A stretch of 64,000 bases of DNA from assembly GCF_037042905.1 (NCBI RefSeq), contig NC_087245.1, positions 9,860,001-9,924,000 on the forward strand, read 5' to 3'. Under the pieces are notes generated by a model. The model searched no databases. It saw nothing but the letters and a program-made list of their open reading frames with translations, and had not been told where the DNA came from. The position numbers and the translations under genes are program-made. Source of the DNA: Lytechinus pictus. Taxonomy: Eukaryota. Below are positions 1 to 34,944 of this stretch, piece by piece (the first letter of the stretch is position 1; each line of letters starts with the position of its first letter).

Positions 1-329
1 TTGTACATTTATATAGCGCTTATTACAGTAGTTTCTAAGCGCTTAACATTTATATCTTAACGTAATACATGTATAAGAATTGTGAAGAGCATAATAAATT
101 ATATTACATTACAATTGCATAATATTACATTAAATTACATTATATTAAATTACATTGCAAGATATTATAATAAGTAATTAAAGAAAACAGCAGGGGTGAC
201 ATGGAATCAGTGAATCGAACTACAGTCCATTGAATAGATATGTTTTGAGTCTGCTTTTGAAGGTGTCTACAGAAGGAGAATCACGGATTATCACTTTAAC
301 CGTTCCTTTCGTGGTCAGTATATTGAAAA

Positions 330-590
330 TTTCAGCTTGCGCTTCGCGCTCACGTTAATTCTTTAGTCAGATTCAAATCTTTTTCATGATTACAAAAACT
401 GCTCGGAATTTTTAATTTTTACTTCTTATTGAAATGTCCAAAAGTTGGAGCTTGCGATTCGCGCTCGCAACATCTCACAAGGATGCCCTTTTAACAGTAA
501 TTTGCGCCACTTTACCAAAAACCGATTTGTACATTAGATTTCAGTGAATTTTTTTTCACAAAACCGCTCGCACGCTACACTCTATAGCGG
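330..590. repeat. Interspersed repeat with recurring (G)CGCTTCGCGCTCGC-type motifs
   Basis: Motif variants near 336-352, 451-469 and 565-580; the same family recurs at about 63346-63970. Confidence 0.55.
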
Positions 591-904
591 AAAAATTAAG
601 CCTAAATATACATCTTATCATACTAAGTAATCACTTCAAAAAGGCTTTGCTCAACTTGATTAGGCCTACATAGGCCTCCGACTTCATGCAGATTATAATA
701 TCCTGGTGAAAATATCCGTGTGCAAAAAATGCCCATTTAGACATATACGTGCCTTTTTTGGCTTTGCCCCCCCCCCCCCCAAAAAAAAAAAAAAAAAAAT
801 GAAAATACTTTCCGCCGACTTCCTTCCCATTCTCATAACATATGTGTTTTACCCGTGCACGCTTGCCCTTCCGAGTTTCCCGGCTTCGCCGCAGATAACT
901 TCAT

Positions 905-1081
905 TTTTTTCGGATTAACGAGCCTTATTTCGTTTTCGGACTAACGAACCTCATTTTGTTTTCGAAGTTCGAACTAACGATCTTTAGGAATAACGAACCC
1001 TATCTATTTTGTTTTTCGGATTAACAGACATATAGGCCTATTATGGACAATTTACGTGTTTCGGAATTACGAACCTTCGGG
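905..1081. repeat. Short degenerate repeat array (TTCGGANTAACGAACC-like, about 6 copies)
   Basis: Variants ttcggattaacgagcc, ttcggactaacgaacc, ttcgaactaacgatc, ggaataacgaacc, ttcggattaac and ttcggaattacgaacc at irregular spacing. Confidence 0.6.
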
Positions 1082-1859
1082 AGATACCATCAAACCTATA
1101 CTTTCCTTTATAGCCACTTTGATGCCGCAATGATATAATATGTTACACACTGTATATTTCTTGCAGATTGTAGACAAGATTCCTGCCTACAGACTTACAG
1201 GCGAATTACAAAAGGAAACATGCTCTTGTAATGATAATTACTTTACGCTGCTTCCTGTCGGATAATATGAGCAGGCACATTGCTCACTTTTACAGGGGAC
1301 AGCAAAAATAAATGTTGCAATATTTCTTGAAATCTTATTTGAAATTACTCGACTGGTCGCATTTGGCCGCAGTTCTGACACATATATAGCATCACAATTT
1401 GATACATTCCAACAAACTAATCATAACATTTGTAGTGTGGAAGTGTGTGGGATTTTGTAAAATGTTGATTTTAAAAAATGTCAAATAATTCGGTTTTATC
1501 ACATTTCGAAACTGTTATCATTCAATATTTCAATATAATAGGATACGCCTATGTGATTATCAACGCTGTTTTTACAGAGAGTGAATAAAACGCTGTTTTG
1601 CGGAGAATAATACACAGCTAGTACACACACAGTGATTAAACTGAGATTAAAATCATATTATTGTTATAATAACAGTAGACAAAAATAAGAATGAAAATCT
1701 GATGTGAAAGAGTATAAGAAAGATCGATAGGAGAAAAGAGAGAGAGAGTGAGAGAGGGAGGGGAGAGAATAGATTTGCAAAAATTGTTCTTGTCAATGGA
1801 TGCAATGTAATGTGAAAAGAGTTTGAATGTCATGTTGGGTACTTATGTATGGAGCTATA

Positions 1860-2460
1860 GTGAATAAATAAAAAAAAATGTTTGGCACTTCTTTTGCTTG
1901 TATTTAAACATGAATATTCGTTATTGAAAGTAAGAAAGATCAAGTTTATTGGCATAGAAAATTGGATTATAGTGTGAGATTTAAAACCCTTTTTTGGTAT
2001 AATATGGACAATTTTCTTTTGGAGCAGGTAAAATTCGTCAAGATGAACTTTAGAAGCGTTTCCCCAAGCAAGGATACCGTGATAAAGATATAATAGAATA
2101 TCACAGTAGAATATAACATTAAGAGAGATATGGATGGCAAATAAAAGTTTAATTCCTTAATTGTTCCGATATTTCTGGAAATAGAATTACATATGCTGTT
2201 AATGTGACATTTCCAAGATAATTCCTAAAACATTAGTTGAGGTATAGCTTTCTAAAAACATGGTGTTGACAATGATTAAGACGCCTTGAAGATAAATTGC
2301 TAAATAATACAAATTTAGTTTAAAATGATTGATTGAAAATTTGTTTGATCTGATCCATTGTGAAATATTTATTAGTTTCGTATTTGCAGTTCTTAGGAGA
2401 ACATTTGTGTCTTGGTCAGATAATCGTCTGCAAATAGAATGAACGAAAGTAAGCGAGAAC
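1860..2460 (-). mobile_element. Decayed non-LTR retrotransposon (CR1/L2-like) reverse transcriptase fragment
   Basis: The minus strand reads FILFADD (FADD at 2423-2434). Frameshifted segments follow, including LINISQWIRSNKFSIN, VLGII and GILAWGNAS, typical of the LINE RT C-terminus; multiple frameshifts and stops. Confidence 0.75.
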
Positions 2461-2671
2461 ACAAATCGCGTTTTTTATGCGACAATTTAAGAAATAAAGT
2501 AACAATAGAATGATTATCAAAATGCTTAGTACATTTTTGAAAGACCGTCAGGGCGAGTACAGATGCAAACAATATGTTATACGGTTGATTTAGCCTGAAT
2601 ACAGACTGTGTTCTTTTTCTCTTCCCTGCCAGTTATGTTTTTATCATCAGATAATAGGCCTATTTGATCGA

Positions 2672-3345
<674 letters not shown>

Positions 3346-4029
3346 TCTTCTTCTCATCCTCCTCCTTCTTCTTCGATCTTCGCAAAAACTAAAGCTGGCG
3401 CTATAGTGATATTATTAAAAAAAATTGGGAGCAATACACGTAATGAATAATATGTTACAATTTTTTTTTCGTTGATTAAAAGGACATTGTGGAGTCAAGT
3501 CATGCTTTGATGAAAGTGGATGGTAAGATGTTTGATTTTTATCGTTGAACATCGAAATGTTTTTACTTTTTTTCTTTTGGTGTCCGTTTCTGATGGGCTG
3601 AAAGTCTACCTGCTGCTGCGCCGCATCCTCCACTCAGCAACAAGACGGCAAGAGTTATTTCACAAGTACCGGTACCAATGCGTACAATTTCTCTTGCACA
3701 CAATATCAGGCGTTTTCACGATCTCATGCTATTTGTATTGGAATAGCGCATGAGCGAAATCGTCTGCCACAGCATGTAGGTTGTGCGAGGTGTAGTGTGG
3801 TGTGTGTCTTTCCTTTTCTTGAAGCTATAATCTTATATTATTAAAATCATACAGCCAGCGTAATATCTTTCATGTCTCACCCACTCATACGTATTGCAAG
3901 GTTAGTAGGCTATGCTATACTAACCTCGCCCTCGCTCGCACTACGTCTACGACTACCGGTACGTATGGTCTACGAACATGATTTCATTGTCATTGATGGA
4001 TTTTTGAGTAGTCGGTTTACATCACTTGT

Positions 4030-4484
4030 CAGTAGAGGCGCACGGCCAATATTGGAGACTGTCTCCAATGTGGGAGATTATCTCCAATATCAAACTTTTG
4101 TAAAGAATTTGGGTATCCAATTTCAGAGACAGTCTCCAGTTTTGGAGACCAATTTCCTTTGTTTACATTTGCTGCAAAAGGATTACCTTGGGCGGGCTTG
4201 GCGGCAAATAAAAATGTGATAAGCAGATTCCTCATAAAAAATTACCCCTTTTCACCGTCTACTTTAAAAATTCACCGTCTACTTTTGTTTTGATAAGGAT
4301 TTTTGTTGTCAATCACACACAAAACAAATGGGCTTCTGACCTCAGTGAGACAAAATTTGGGGTGGAATAAATCATGCTTTTGTTGGCGTTGTTTCTTTTG
4401 TCCTTTTGCAAAGCAAGTCTCCAAAGTGGGAGATTGTCTCCCCTATTGGAGAGAGTCTCCCATATTGGCCGTGCGCCTCTACTG
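4030..4484. mobile_element. Non-autonomous DNA transposon (MITE) with CAG..CTG ends and a 5-bp TSD
   Basis: TIRs CAGTAGAGGCGCACGGCCAATA / TATTGGCCGTGCGCCTCTACTG; CTTGT flanks both sides (4025-4029, 4485-4489); subterminal GGAGAnnnTCTCC palindromes. Confidence 0.85.
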
Positions 4485-5699
4485 CTTGTTGACTGCAACC
4501 ATCCTGCCTGTGGGGAATCTACAGATAGGACTATGGTATGCCAATGGCAATGCTGTACATAGCACACACTTTAACAAATCATTAAAATATCACTTTTGTG
4601 ACCAAAATTACTAATTTCCATACATTTGCAATTTATTTTTCATTAGTAACTTGGGAATAATTTTGTAAATTGTCACTTTTTCATGTACACAAAGTCTAGA
4701 TGGGAAATGGAATTTCCATTTTCAGACATGCTGAAACGGTATTAAAGATTTTCTGAAACAGAAAATGCAATTATTAGAAATGGAAAATCACTGTCCCTAA
4801 AATAAAAGGGTTTTATTTCTGTCAGGGATATGCTCTGCTGAGACTTTGCCTGGCTTCGTGGCATCCCCTCCGTCATTCGTCAATAGACCGATGACAGCTA
4901 TTGGGCTCGTAATGTTGGGGCAAACAACTGCCACTTAACCACAGCGTCTATGGAGAAAGGGTGTGGTTTGCGCACCCTCCTTGGTTACTCTCAAATTTTG
5001 CTTTTTGAAGTGGTAAAAGGGAAGAAGTAATAAGATGAATTTATATTAAATACATTCAGCTTAGCACCTTTCCGAAAGTATGCCTGGAAAATATCAAATT
5101 TCAATGGCGAATAGATCAGGATCAGCCAGGTTCTTCTTCGATCGCTGTCAGTGTCAATCTGCTGGCGTGTCCGTACGCTCAGCTGTAGCTGACAGCAAAT
5201 GAAGAACCTTTGACTTTGCTTGATTAAAAACTTCAGTCAGGGCGTACATACTGTAGCACATTAATTATGGATTGTGTAAAAGTATTGTTATTTACAGTAC
5301 ATGCAAATACAAGTAGCCTGATCCTCGGACCCAAGGAGATATTTTCAGTCTGAAAATTAAAACAATTGGATACCTTTCAGAACAAATCGAATTAACAAAA
5401 ATTATATTCAAACATCTTTCATTTTGGTTGTTGTTGAATTATTTATGGCCATCTTCAGCTTCTCGACTATTACTGGAACGGGGAATTACGATGGCTTTTT
5501 CAAATAATGGCGGGAGTGATGTCGAAGTGCGCATGCTTAGCTACACTCATGAGTGTAAATCTGCCCCCAAAGGTAGAGGGACCAGGGGCTGGAAAATTTG
5601 ACCAAAAAAAGAAAGGTTTTCACCCAAAATGTAAGGTCATTTAGTCCAAAATACATGTTATTGATCAATTATTTCGATCAATTGTGAATGATTTTTCTT

Positions 5700-5803
5700 T
5701 CTCCATCATAAAAGACTAAAAATAGTAGGGGGGACATTTGATATTGTGTTCCCCCTACTATTTATGGTAGGGGGACACGTCCCCCATGGGATTTCTGCCC
5801 ATG
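5700..5803 (-). repeat. Interspersed repeat, reverse-complement copy of about 62936-63045
   Basis: aatagtagggggggacatttgatatt...gggatttctgcccatg matches catgggcggaaatccc...aatatcaaatgtccccctactatt at the other end of the window. Confidence 0.7.
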
Positions 5804-6107
5804 GCTACACTGTAGCTGCATTTCGTGCTTGCCCTTTTTTTTTTTACTCATATCCTGGCCTGGCGGAACTGCGAAGTGTGCTTAAAAGTTCCGCGGGCGA
5901 TCTTTTTTTTTTAAGTCCCTTTACCCTTTATAATTTTTACATGAGTAATTAGAGTAAAAGAAAATATTCAAAACTTAGATGAAATCAGGGGTAGTCCGGG
6001 GGGGGGGGGGGAATTTTGATAGGCGGTGGGGGAGCAAGACAAGCAAACAGGCATATCATTTTTGAAGTAAATGACCAATACTTGTTCCCTTTCTTTTTGT
6101 CTACACC

Positions 6108-6560
6108 AAGTAAGAAAAAATAGTCTGAAATAGATACAGACTTTGAAAATAAGGTAATAAAAATATCCTGACATCGTGACACTTTAAGTAAGGAAAATAG
6201 TTTGGAAATAGATACAAACCTATTACAAATTGGTGAAAAAAAAATAGCGTGGCATCATTACATAAAGTAAGAAAATCAAATTGAAATCCGATACAAGGTT
6301 CTTAGATTTGAAAAAAAAATATTCTGACATCATGACACCAAGTAAGAAAAATGATTCAAAAATAGATGCAACTTCCCACTATAAAAAATAGATACAAAAT
6401 AGCCTAGCATCATGACAAGTAAGTAAGAAAATTAGTTTAAACATAGATCTATATAAATTTCTTACAAATACAATATGGAAAAGTAGATGTAAAATAGTCT
6501 GCCATCATGACATGAAGCATTAAAATAGATACAAACGTCTTTGATTAAAAAATAGCCTTG
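6108..6560. repeat. Degenerate minisatellite, about 78-bp unit, 5-6 copies
   Basis: Recurring AAGTAAGAAAA...AATAGATACA...CATCATGACA unit. Confidence 0.7.
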
Positions 6561-6804
6561 CTAACATGGCAAGGCTAAAAAATAGCAAAAAAAAAATAGT
6601 ATGCGCATTAAGAATAAAAAATAGCCTATTTTTATTCTATTTCACCTGTAAAAATAGCAAAGAAATAGTCTGTGAGTTGAAAATAGGGAAAATTTTGTAA
6701 AAATAGTTTTAAAAAATTGTCCCGTTTGATAAAAAAAAAGTAAAAAAATAGAGAGAAATAGGAAAAATATATTTTTTTGCTACAAAAAACTACAAAGGCT
6801 TTCT

Positions 6805-6900
6805 TTGATTTCTGATTGGCTGAGAGGCACTGTTACTGTTCAGATAAAACAGGACTTGTCGGATAAAACATCTGACAAGCTCTTCCATGAAACGCTCCCC
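6805..6900 (+). promoter_or_regulatory. Putative ICA1 promoter (inverted CCAAT box)
   Basis: TCTGATTGGCTG at 6811-6822, about 250 bp upstream of the predicted ATG; the TSS cannot be determined. Confidence 0.35.
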
Positions 6901-7073
6901 AGATGGACTTTTGATTGTGCATTTAGACTTACATTCATAGTCTATTTTATATGGTTTCCTTCTCATTTCAGGCGAGAAATTCACAGACGTATCTGTAGCT
7001 GTTGAATAATCCAAAAGATTGTATAACAGGAACGCCAAATCATTCACTATTCAGCTGATTAGCAAGCATCATC

Positions 7074-27243
<20,170 letters not shown>

Positions 27244-28398
27244 CATGGTATCCATGCATTTAGTGACTTCATAGCAACCAATGTAAACATACAACTATCA
27301 TGTATATTTGCTCAACAATGGCAAGTGGAAGCAAGTGACAAAAGTTCCTGCAAAGAAATATGGGTCTGTCATTCAATTCTGTGTAGCCTTGCCTGACATA
27401 TCTCTGAGCAGTATGAGTGTTCATGCATGAAATCTGGCCCAAAAGAAGGGAACACTGGGTGAAATATGACAATTCACAAAATTTGTGTAGATATATCATT
27501 TTTATCCCTCCTGTCATTGTAGGGCAGCATAGTTTTGCTTTTTTATACAAGTTAAATCACTATGTGTATTATTGATGGTGCAGGGCCATTTATCTCAGAT
27601 ACTATTTGATATAAACCAGTTCACTATGGCTTTGATGTAAAGATGTATCGTTGGTATGGCGAACAAGATACATATAATTGTGGAATAAAATCAAGATACA
27701 TGAATGTATTAAATATCAAAATATATTTATACATTCACTAACCCCAATACTGTACAATATAGATTGTATTTTTCATACAATGTTTGTCATCTTTTTACAT
27801 TGATTTCTATGAAGTCATGATAAAGAACCCCTTGTATATTTGTTATTAGATAGGAGATAATGAAAAACAAATTATTACTAGAACTGACTGCATTCCATTG
27901 TTGTAAAAATGTGCATTCTCCAAATTGTGTAAGATGGATGGGGTAATATATCTAGCATTGGTAGATTTTCTTGTATGAGATGATGTATTTATGTGAAATT
28001 AGCCTTTGTAAAGATGAATGATCAAAGATGCATGTCTATTAAGTGATGAGGATAACATTGATAAGGCAGTTTGAAGAGATTCAACTAAGTGAGTAAATTT
28101 ATTTATTTCAGAGGATTTTTATGACAGGCACAGATCAAAAGATTCTTTTTGATAGTGGGGTCAGTCTTTATTTTACATGCCATCTAAATAGGCTTGCCAA
28201 ATTGCCCTTATTTTACTTTTCCATTTATTGGTTATTTTTTTATTACTATTACTTTGTTTGGAGGGGAAAGGGGGGGTCTTGATGTACGTAAAAATTGTGC
28301 TTTTTGCGGTTACATTCAATAGCTAGATTCTTTTTAACGCATAAAATGTTACATACAAAAAAAGTTCAGAGATTTTTCCCCTTGAAAAACATTCTTAA

Positions 28399-28983
28399 AG
28401 GAGAATGAAACCTTTGAAACAAGATAGCTTGTGTGAAAACAGAAAAATCAAAGAAACAGATCAACGAAAGTTTGAAAAAAATCTGACAAATAATGAGAAA
28501 GTTATGAGCATTTGAATATTGTGATCACTAATGCTATAGAGATCATCAAATTGGCAATGCGACAAAGATGTGTGATGTCACTGGTGAACAACTCTCCCCA
28601 TTACTTTAGTATATATTTCACTTAAATTGCCTCTTTTATCACATCTATCAGTAGATCATGTGTTCTTTCTATAGGAGGGCATGTAATACAGATTTTTAAA
28701 GAATACATCATGGATAAAGAGTTTGTATCACCACAAGAAAAAGTAGAAAGAGACATTTTGAGGGTATTTTATAGTCCATCACAGGGAAAGTTGTTCACAT
28801 GTGACATCACACATCCTTGTCGCATTGCCAATGGGAGGATCTCCATAGCATTAGTGATTGCAATATTCAAATGCTCATAACTTTCTCATTATTTGTCCGA
28901 TTTTTCTCAAACGTTCTTTGTTCTTATTCTTTGATTTTTCTGTTTCGACACAATTCTACGTATTCCAAAGGTTTCATTCCCCT
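28399..28983. mobile_element. Kolobok-like MITE with about 200-bp TIRs and TTAA TSD
   Basis: TTAA|AGGAGAATGAAACCTTTG ... CAAAGGTTTCATTCCCCT|TTAA; a decayed second copy lies at about 33830-34275. Confidence 0.8.
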
Positions 28984-31900
28984 TTAATTTAAACCAATAT
29001 GCTGCTTTATTCTCATGAATTGATTTTCATTACAATAATTGTTGTTTCTGTATCATAATCTATTCAAATTTCTTCTTTTAGTTAATGATAAAAACCAGTC
29101 CTGAAAAGTTTAATGTAAGTATTCAAAATGTTACCTTATCTGGGAAAGTATTCTACATTATGTCACCTTTGTTATTTTATGTTCAGCTGTCAGAAACTGT
29201 CCATGATATACTGTACATGTGATGTCTGTTCCATACCTGTCCTCCTCCCATTAAAAAATCAATAATTTAGTGGATAGATTGATGAATAAGTGAATAAGTA
29301 AGCAGACTGATAGATAATGCATAAATAAGTTATTGTTGCAAAAGTAGATGAATGAATATACAATTTATTTATTAATTCATTCATTTGTTGGTTGATTAAT
29401 TATTCATTCATTTGTTAATCTATTCATTTTGAATTATTGTAGTAGAAAGTTGGAATGATGAAAAATATTTCATTATTTGAATAAATAGGTGTCTTGCAGA
29501 GTCTTGAAAAAGTTGGGAATGTTTTGTTTGATTTAATGTGATAATGTTTAATTTACAACTTGTGATATTCATTCTACCACCAGCATAATTCATGTCATAT
29601 GATCGTATCAGGATAATAAAATACGAAATACTGATATTTAACAACAATAGTAATATAATCATACTATAATAATGCAACTGCGAAAGAGCACATATCGGTA
29701 TCCACTTTACCAAGTGCTCAAGGCACTGATATTATTACCCTTGCTTTAGCCTGGTTGGCAATCTAATGACATTTGTAGTATCTCCTTGTTTGTCTTTAGC
29801 CTGTAACTCAAATGATGTATTCTACAAATGTTTACTTAGTTCTTGTCTGAGATTGATATGTGACAGAAAGTGTCTCATAGGGATAGAGAAATATTGATTA
29901 TGATACAACCAATAATTATATTTATGCGGTAAGATTTTGTTATCATGGGGATGATCAGAAATGTATAAATTTTGCAAAGCGTCATATGCACGATACGTAG
30001 AAATACACGAGTGACAGGAATTGCACACAAATATTCATTCCAAGCATTTTGACAAATTTTTCTCTTTTTTTCCTTATAATTTGGTTTTGATGGCATCTTA
30101 AGAGGAATTTGTCGTGATGCATCCTAGGTATTCATCCTAAATAATATGATTCATAATGAAGGATGTGGAAAGTCAATAGTTCTTTTCACCTTTACGGCAT
30201 CTTAATGTTTACTTCATGGACTATGTCAAATAATATGAATTATTACCTGTATCAAACATCTGAGTTGGTCATATACAATATTGCCCTATATATCATGAAT
30301 GTCGGGAAGGGAAAGGTATATTATTTGCACTTTGTTTGGTCTCTATGCGCACTCTGACTTTGCACGCTGAGGATTTAAAATGCCTTACCAAAGGGCACTA
30401 CCGCACCAACTGGGAATCAAAACCCCTGCTCTTCTGACTGAGTATACTGAGATATATTTGATATTCCCCTCGAGGCCAGGCAATATTATATAATTATTAT
30501 CTATATATATTAAGGCATTATAATGATGTATAAAAACATGGAGGTAGAAACCTTATGATTAAAATGACATATTCTGGCCTGCATGAGACTGACAGCACTG
30601 ACAATTTTTTGAAAGTTTGCTTGTATTGTACTATTTTAGCTATCTTTGTTTAACTTATAGGTGTATTTCTAAGATATTGAAATTCATTATCCCATGGGTT
30701 ATTTTTCTCTAGATTGTATATTGGTTGTTTTTTTTTTTTCTTTGATTTTTGTAAAAAGTATTAAACAAACATTAAAAAAAAAAACTCTCAAAATGCTATT
30801 CAGATAATATGGAGGAAAGGAACTATCGGTACATATATATGAAATGGTTAAGTCCTTTGCATTTGTATTGTATGTCTCATGGTCGTTTTATACACTACAT
30901 TAGCATACATTGTATTTTTTTTCTCTCTTTTTGATATATTTCAGCAGTTGATATAATATAGGAAGTAAATAATGAGTCTGTCTTGATTTGAAATGAAAAG
31001 AAAAATGCTACTAATTTTCCTGTTGAATTACATGCTTTTGAGTATTACTATCGTGCAATCTGGATTATGAAACTTAAAACCGACTTTTTTTGTTCTATTT
31101 GTATATGAATTTGAAACTTTAATGTAGTATGTATGTAGCCTTGTTTATTTTTCAGTTATTCTGTGGTAGCTACATTGTTTAGTACTTCATGTTATTCATG
31201 GTCTATCTTGGGCTATATTCTGCAATAGTTTTCATTGTATTTTAGATTAGATTCCCAACCACCCATTGTATTGACATTAGAGGCTTAGAATCAAAGAATT
31301 AAAACCCTTTCTCACATAGTTGTATAGGAAATGTAAAACATACATAAACCAATTCTTCATATTGTGATGGGAAAATCACAGCCAACCTTCTGAAAATTGA
31401 ATAATTGAAGACTTGCATGAATAGCTGGGCAACTTGAAGGAATTTAAGGTGTGCATACATGTATAGCATGTACAGTATCCAACAGAAGTAAGCACTCCCT
31501 ACATGGGCATAACTGTCTATGCAGCTTCCTTTAAGATATTTTATGGTCGTAATAGATTAGGTATTTCGACACTGCTGTCATGTGCTCTCTATTCTTTGAT
31601 AATTGTTCTGATTTATGAACTGTCTTTGGAGTGAAGAGCTGCATTGAAAGGTCCGTGTTTGTGAGGGGTGTACTTGTCTCTGGAGAATATTCTATATCAC
31701 TAGACTATCAGGATAGTGTACATGTACTCTGATTTTAGCACTGACTTGGTCAGTTATTCAACTTACTAGTAATACCCAGTAGGGTATGGTTTATGACTTT
31801 GAATTTAGAACAGATTGATCTTTTATTAGAGCCATCCCATTTACTTTCTGTTGCATCATTTGAATATCAATCCCTGTTTCATCCTAGTAAATTCTCATTA

Positions 31901-33040
31901 ACTCTGTATATTTTGTGTCAAATGTTATTTTCTGGCAAGGTTTTGTATTCACAAAAATAAGAGTTAGGAAGATACCTCCCTCTGTTCTTTTATCATCAAA
32001 AACACAAACAAACCAATCATACAGTTATATTGTGTGCACATATTATAGGCATGGTGCTGGCAGCATATCTGATGTGTTTTCATTGTTAATATCCTTTCCA
32101 ACCAGTACTTTCTCTTTCAGTCACTATTATGTATTTTCTGTCCCTTGAAGTACTCTATATGATGGTGATTTTAGGATGGACATTCATCATAATAACCATC
32201 TTCTGATAAAGTATAGTACTACATTAGTTTTAATAATCACTCTTATTCATTGTAACTGTTGGTACTTGTATTTTCATGTGTTATAATACTGTTAATACCT
32301 TTTTTCACTAGTGCCATATTTTTGAGTCTCTATGTATTCACTATGACAGCGATGAATAGGTTTGTCTTTTCCACTTTGATGCTCTAACCTGCATTGGGTT
32401 TTATACATTTCATTTTTCCATTCTAATGCCCTTCCCATGACAGTTATGTAGAGCAAAGCAACTTTATTTGCTGTTGATATTCTTTCATGGTTCTTTTTAG
32501 GCTTTGTACATTCCCAAAAGCTAGAAGACATTCTTTCTGTTACCAGTACTGTTGAGTAGTTCTGCAGTAGCATACGATTGGTGAATTATATGTGGATTAT
32601 ATACAGATAAACAGATTGGAATAAAGAGTTTAATCCTTATCAAGAAACATATTTATCAGTCATGGATTCTCATTCTCCATTGATGCTTATATAGATCGAT
32701 ATTTGTTGTTGGAATTACCTCGGGTTTGTGTTTTTATGTTTGCAAAAGAGGTATTCAACTTTTTATCAATTCAGAGAAAAGAAATCTGACTGAAAGCTTT
32801 TGCACAGTGAATCTTATGAGCTTTGCATGGTGGATGGTATGTTAATAATAGACCAACACAAAGAGACAAGGGGGGCATAAGGGAGAGAGAGGTAGGGAGA
32901 AGAGCAACAGAGCGAGAAAGAGAGGGAGAGAGATGGGGGTAGAAAGATAAATAAAGAAAGGGGGTAGGAGATAGATTAGAAAGAATGGCGGGGTGTATGT
33001 GATAGATAAAAGAAGAAAAAGAACTAAAATTTGATAGAAG

Positions 33041-33208
33041 CAGGGGTATGAGAGTTCAGATTTTTATCTGATTTCAGATTTTTTTTTGGATTTCAGCTTA
33101 TTTTTGGCTTTCCTCTGTACAAAAAGTATGGGAGCTCTTTCTATTTCAGACTTTTTCAACACTCTTCAGCTTTTTTCAGATCTTTATTTGTGGCCACTCA
33201 CACCCCTG
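33041..33208. mobile_element. Short MITE with CAGGGG..CCCCTG ends and a 6-bp TSD
   Basis: TAGAAG flanks both ends (33035-33040, 33209-33214); internal TTCAG repeats. Confidence 0.75.
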
Positions 33209-34723
33209 TAGAAGTAAAATGAGAAATAAAAGCTGTTATTGAGAAAGTGAACAGAGCTCGCTGCTTTATACAAAAGGAATGAATAGGTAGTATGCATTAC
33301 CGTCTCCTAGGTATGCAGACAGATTCTTTAAATGCCTTTTATCTTTCCGGGTAAAACCAAGGCCTCAATGCATTCCTGTTCATTCATCTGTGAGTTCACT
33401 TCACTAGAATACCCATATTACATAATTCAAAGTTCTAAAGGAAAAGACCATTATTCTGCTTTTTCAAACACAGCCTTCTGCCATTTCTTACACCCTTTAT
33501 TTTGTTACAGCCTTGCTATATGTAGAAATCTCCCAAACTAAACTTTTGTTTGAAATATATAAAGCCATGTGGTCAAAAGTTCACCTAGATTTTTATTTAA
33601 CTGCAGCCTATGTTCTCATAATGCTGAAAATAATCATGAACTGGTTATGATGCAAACAAAGACTAATCTCTGTTCATTTTGAAACATAGATTGATTTTTT
33701 TTCAGCACAAAAATTTTAAACAAATTGATCACAAGATTCTTCTTATTAAGTATCCGATAGAAATAGATTTGCATACACTGAAATCCCATAAGTATAATGC
33801 CTCTAACATAAAAGGAGAATAAACCCCTGGTACCTACATTGTAGCTTGTGTGAAAAAGGAAGACCAAATAAACCAATTAATGAAATTTGGGACGAATAAT
33901 AAAAGTTATAATGATTTGAATGTTGAGATCACTAATGATGAGGACATCCTTCCTCTGGCAAAGCGACCAAGATGTATGATGCCCATAGAGATGTATACTA
34001 ATCTCTATGATGATGCCACACTTGCATAAACTCCCCAGTTACTTTATACTTACTTTCATCAAGTCTATCCATGTACTACTGAAGCATGGGCAAGATTGGA
34101 ACTTCTGTGATATAATCTTGGTCACATTGCCAATATGAGGATCTCCATAGCATTAGTGATTCCAACATTCAAATGCTCATAACTTTCTTCTTGTTTGTCC
34201 AGTTGTTCTCAAGTCTCATTGATCTTACTCTTTGATATTTCTGTTTTCATACAAGCAAAACTTTTCATTCTCTTTTGCTTCAATACAATTAATGCACAAA
34301 AATTGTTTTTGAAATACCATACCAGGATATGTATTTCCATTACTTCTTTATAAAATCAATTCCTTGTCTTATGAATCAAAACTTTCAAACAAATTGGTTT
34401 CCCTCTCATTTTTAATGAATCTTGGGAATACTGAGTTTGTTTGTCTCACCAAGTAGTTGCATTTCAAGGCATCTGATCAGTTTCACAAACACTACAGACA
34501 ATGTGTCATGGCTTTCTAGAATCTATGATCTCCAACTAAATAGTTGATATATCGCTACAAGGGTTCTGTTTGGTTTCATCTCACTCCAGGCATCTCACAT
34601 GGTCTAATCCTACTTCATCTACATCCAGTGTGTCTGCTAATCATTTCATCTAATTGACATTCAGCACTGCTACCAATTTTTCAAATTCCAGTTAGACAAC
34701 CTTTTTCATCTTATCCCCACATA

Positions 34724-34944
34724 CAGTTGTGCTCAAAAGTTAGTAAACCCCACAACAAAATGTACTCCATCCTGCCGAGTGTTCAATATAAACAGCACTT
34801 CATGTACAATGTTCGGCGAGCCCAGAGAAACAAAATACATTGAATGTAATATTTTATCATCTGACTTCACAATTAAAATATCTAACACATGGCAGAACTT
34901 GTACACATTTCCTGGTGGGGTTTACTAACTTTAGAGCACCACTG
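34724..34944. mobile_element. Tc1/mariner-type MITE
   Basis: TA|CAGTTGTGCTCAAAAGTTAGTAAACCCCAC ... GTGGGGTTTACTAACTTTAGAGCACCACTG|TA. Confidence 0.85.

Noticed and set aside
905..1081. CRISPR-like spaced repeats
   Set aside because: Repeats are degenerate, spacers are short, irregular and T-rich, there are no cas genes, and the context is eukaryotic.
3415..3760. Possible first exon of a divergent minus-strand gene (MEDAAQQQ...)
   Set aside because: The ORF starts at GTG, has no recognisable homology, and no downstream exons are identifiable in the window.
4031..4483. Polinton/Maverick-type ends (AGTAG...CTACT)
   Set aside because: No 6-bp TSD at that boundary; the CAG..CTG boundary gives a clean 5-bp TSD.
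29790..30130. Possible second decayed LINE fragment
   Set aside because: Only vague resemblance and no diagnostic motif.
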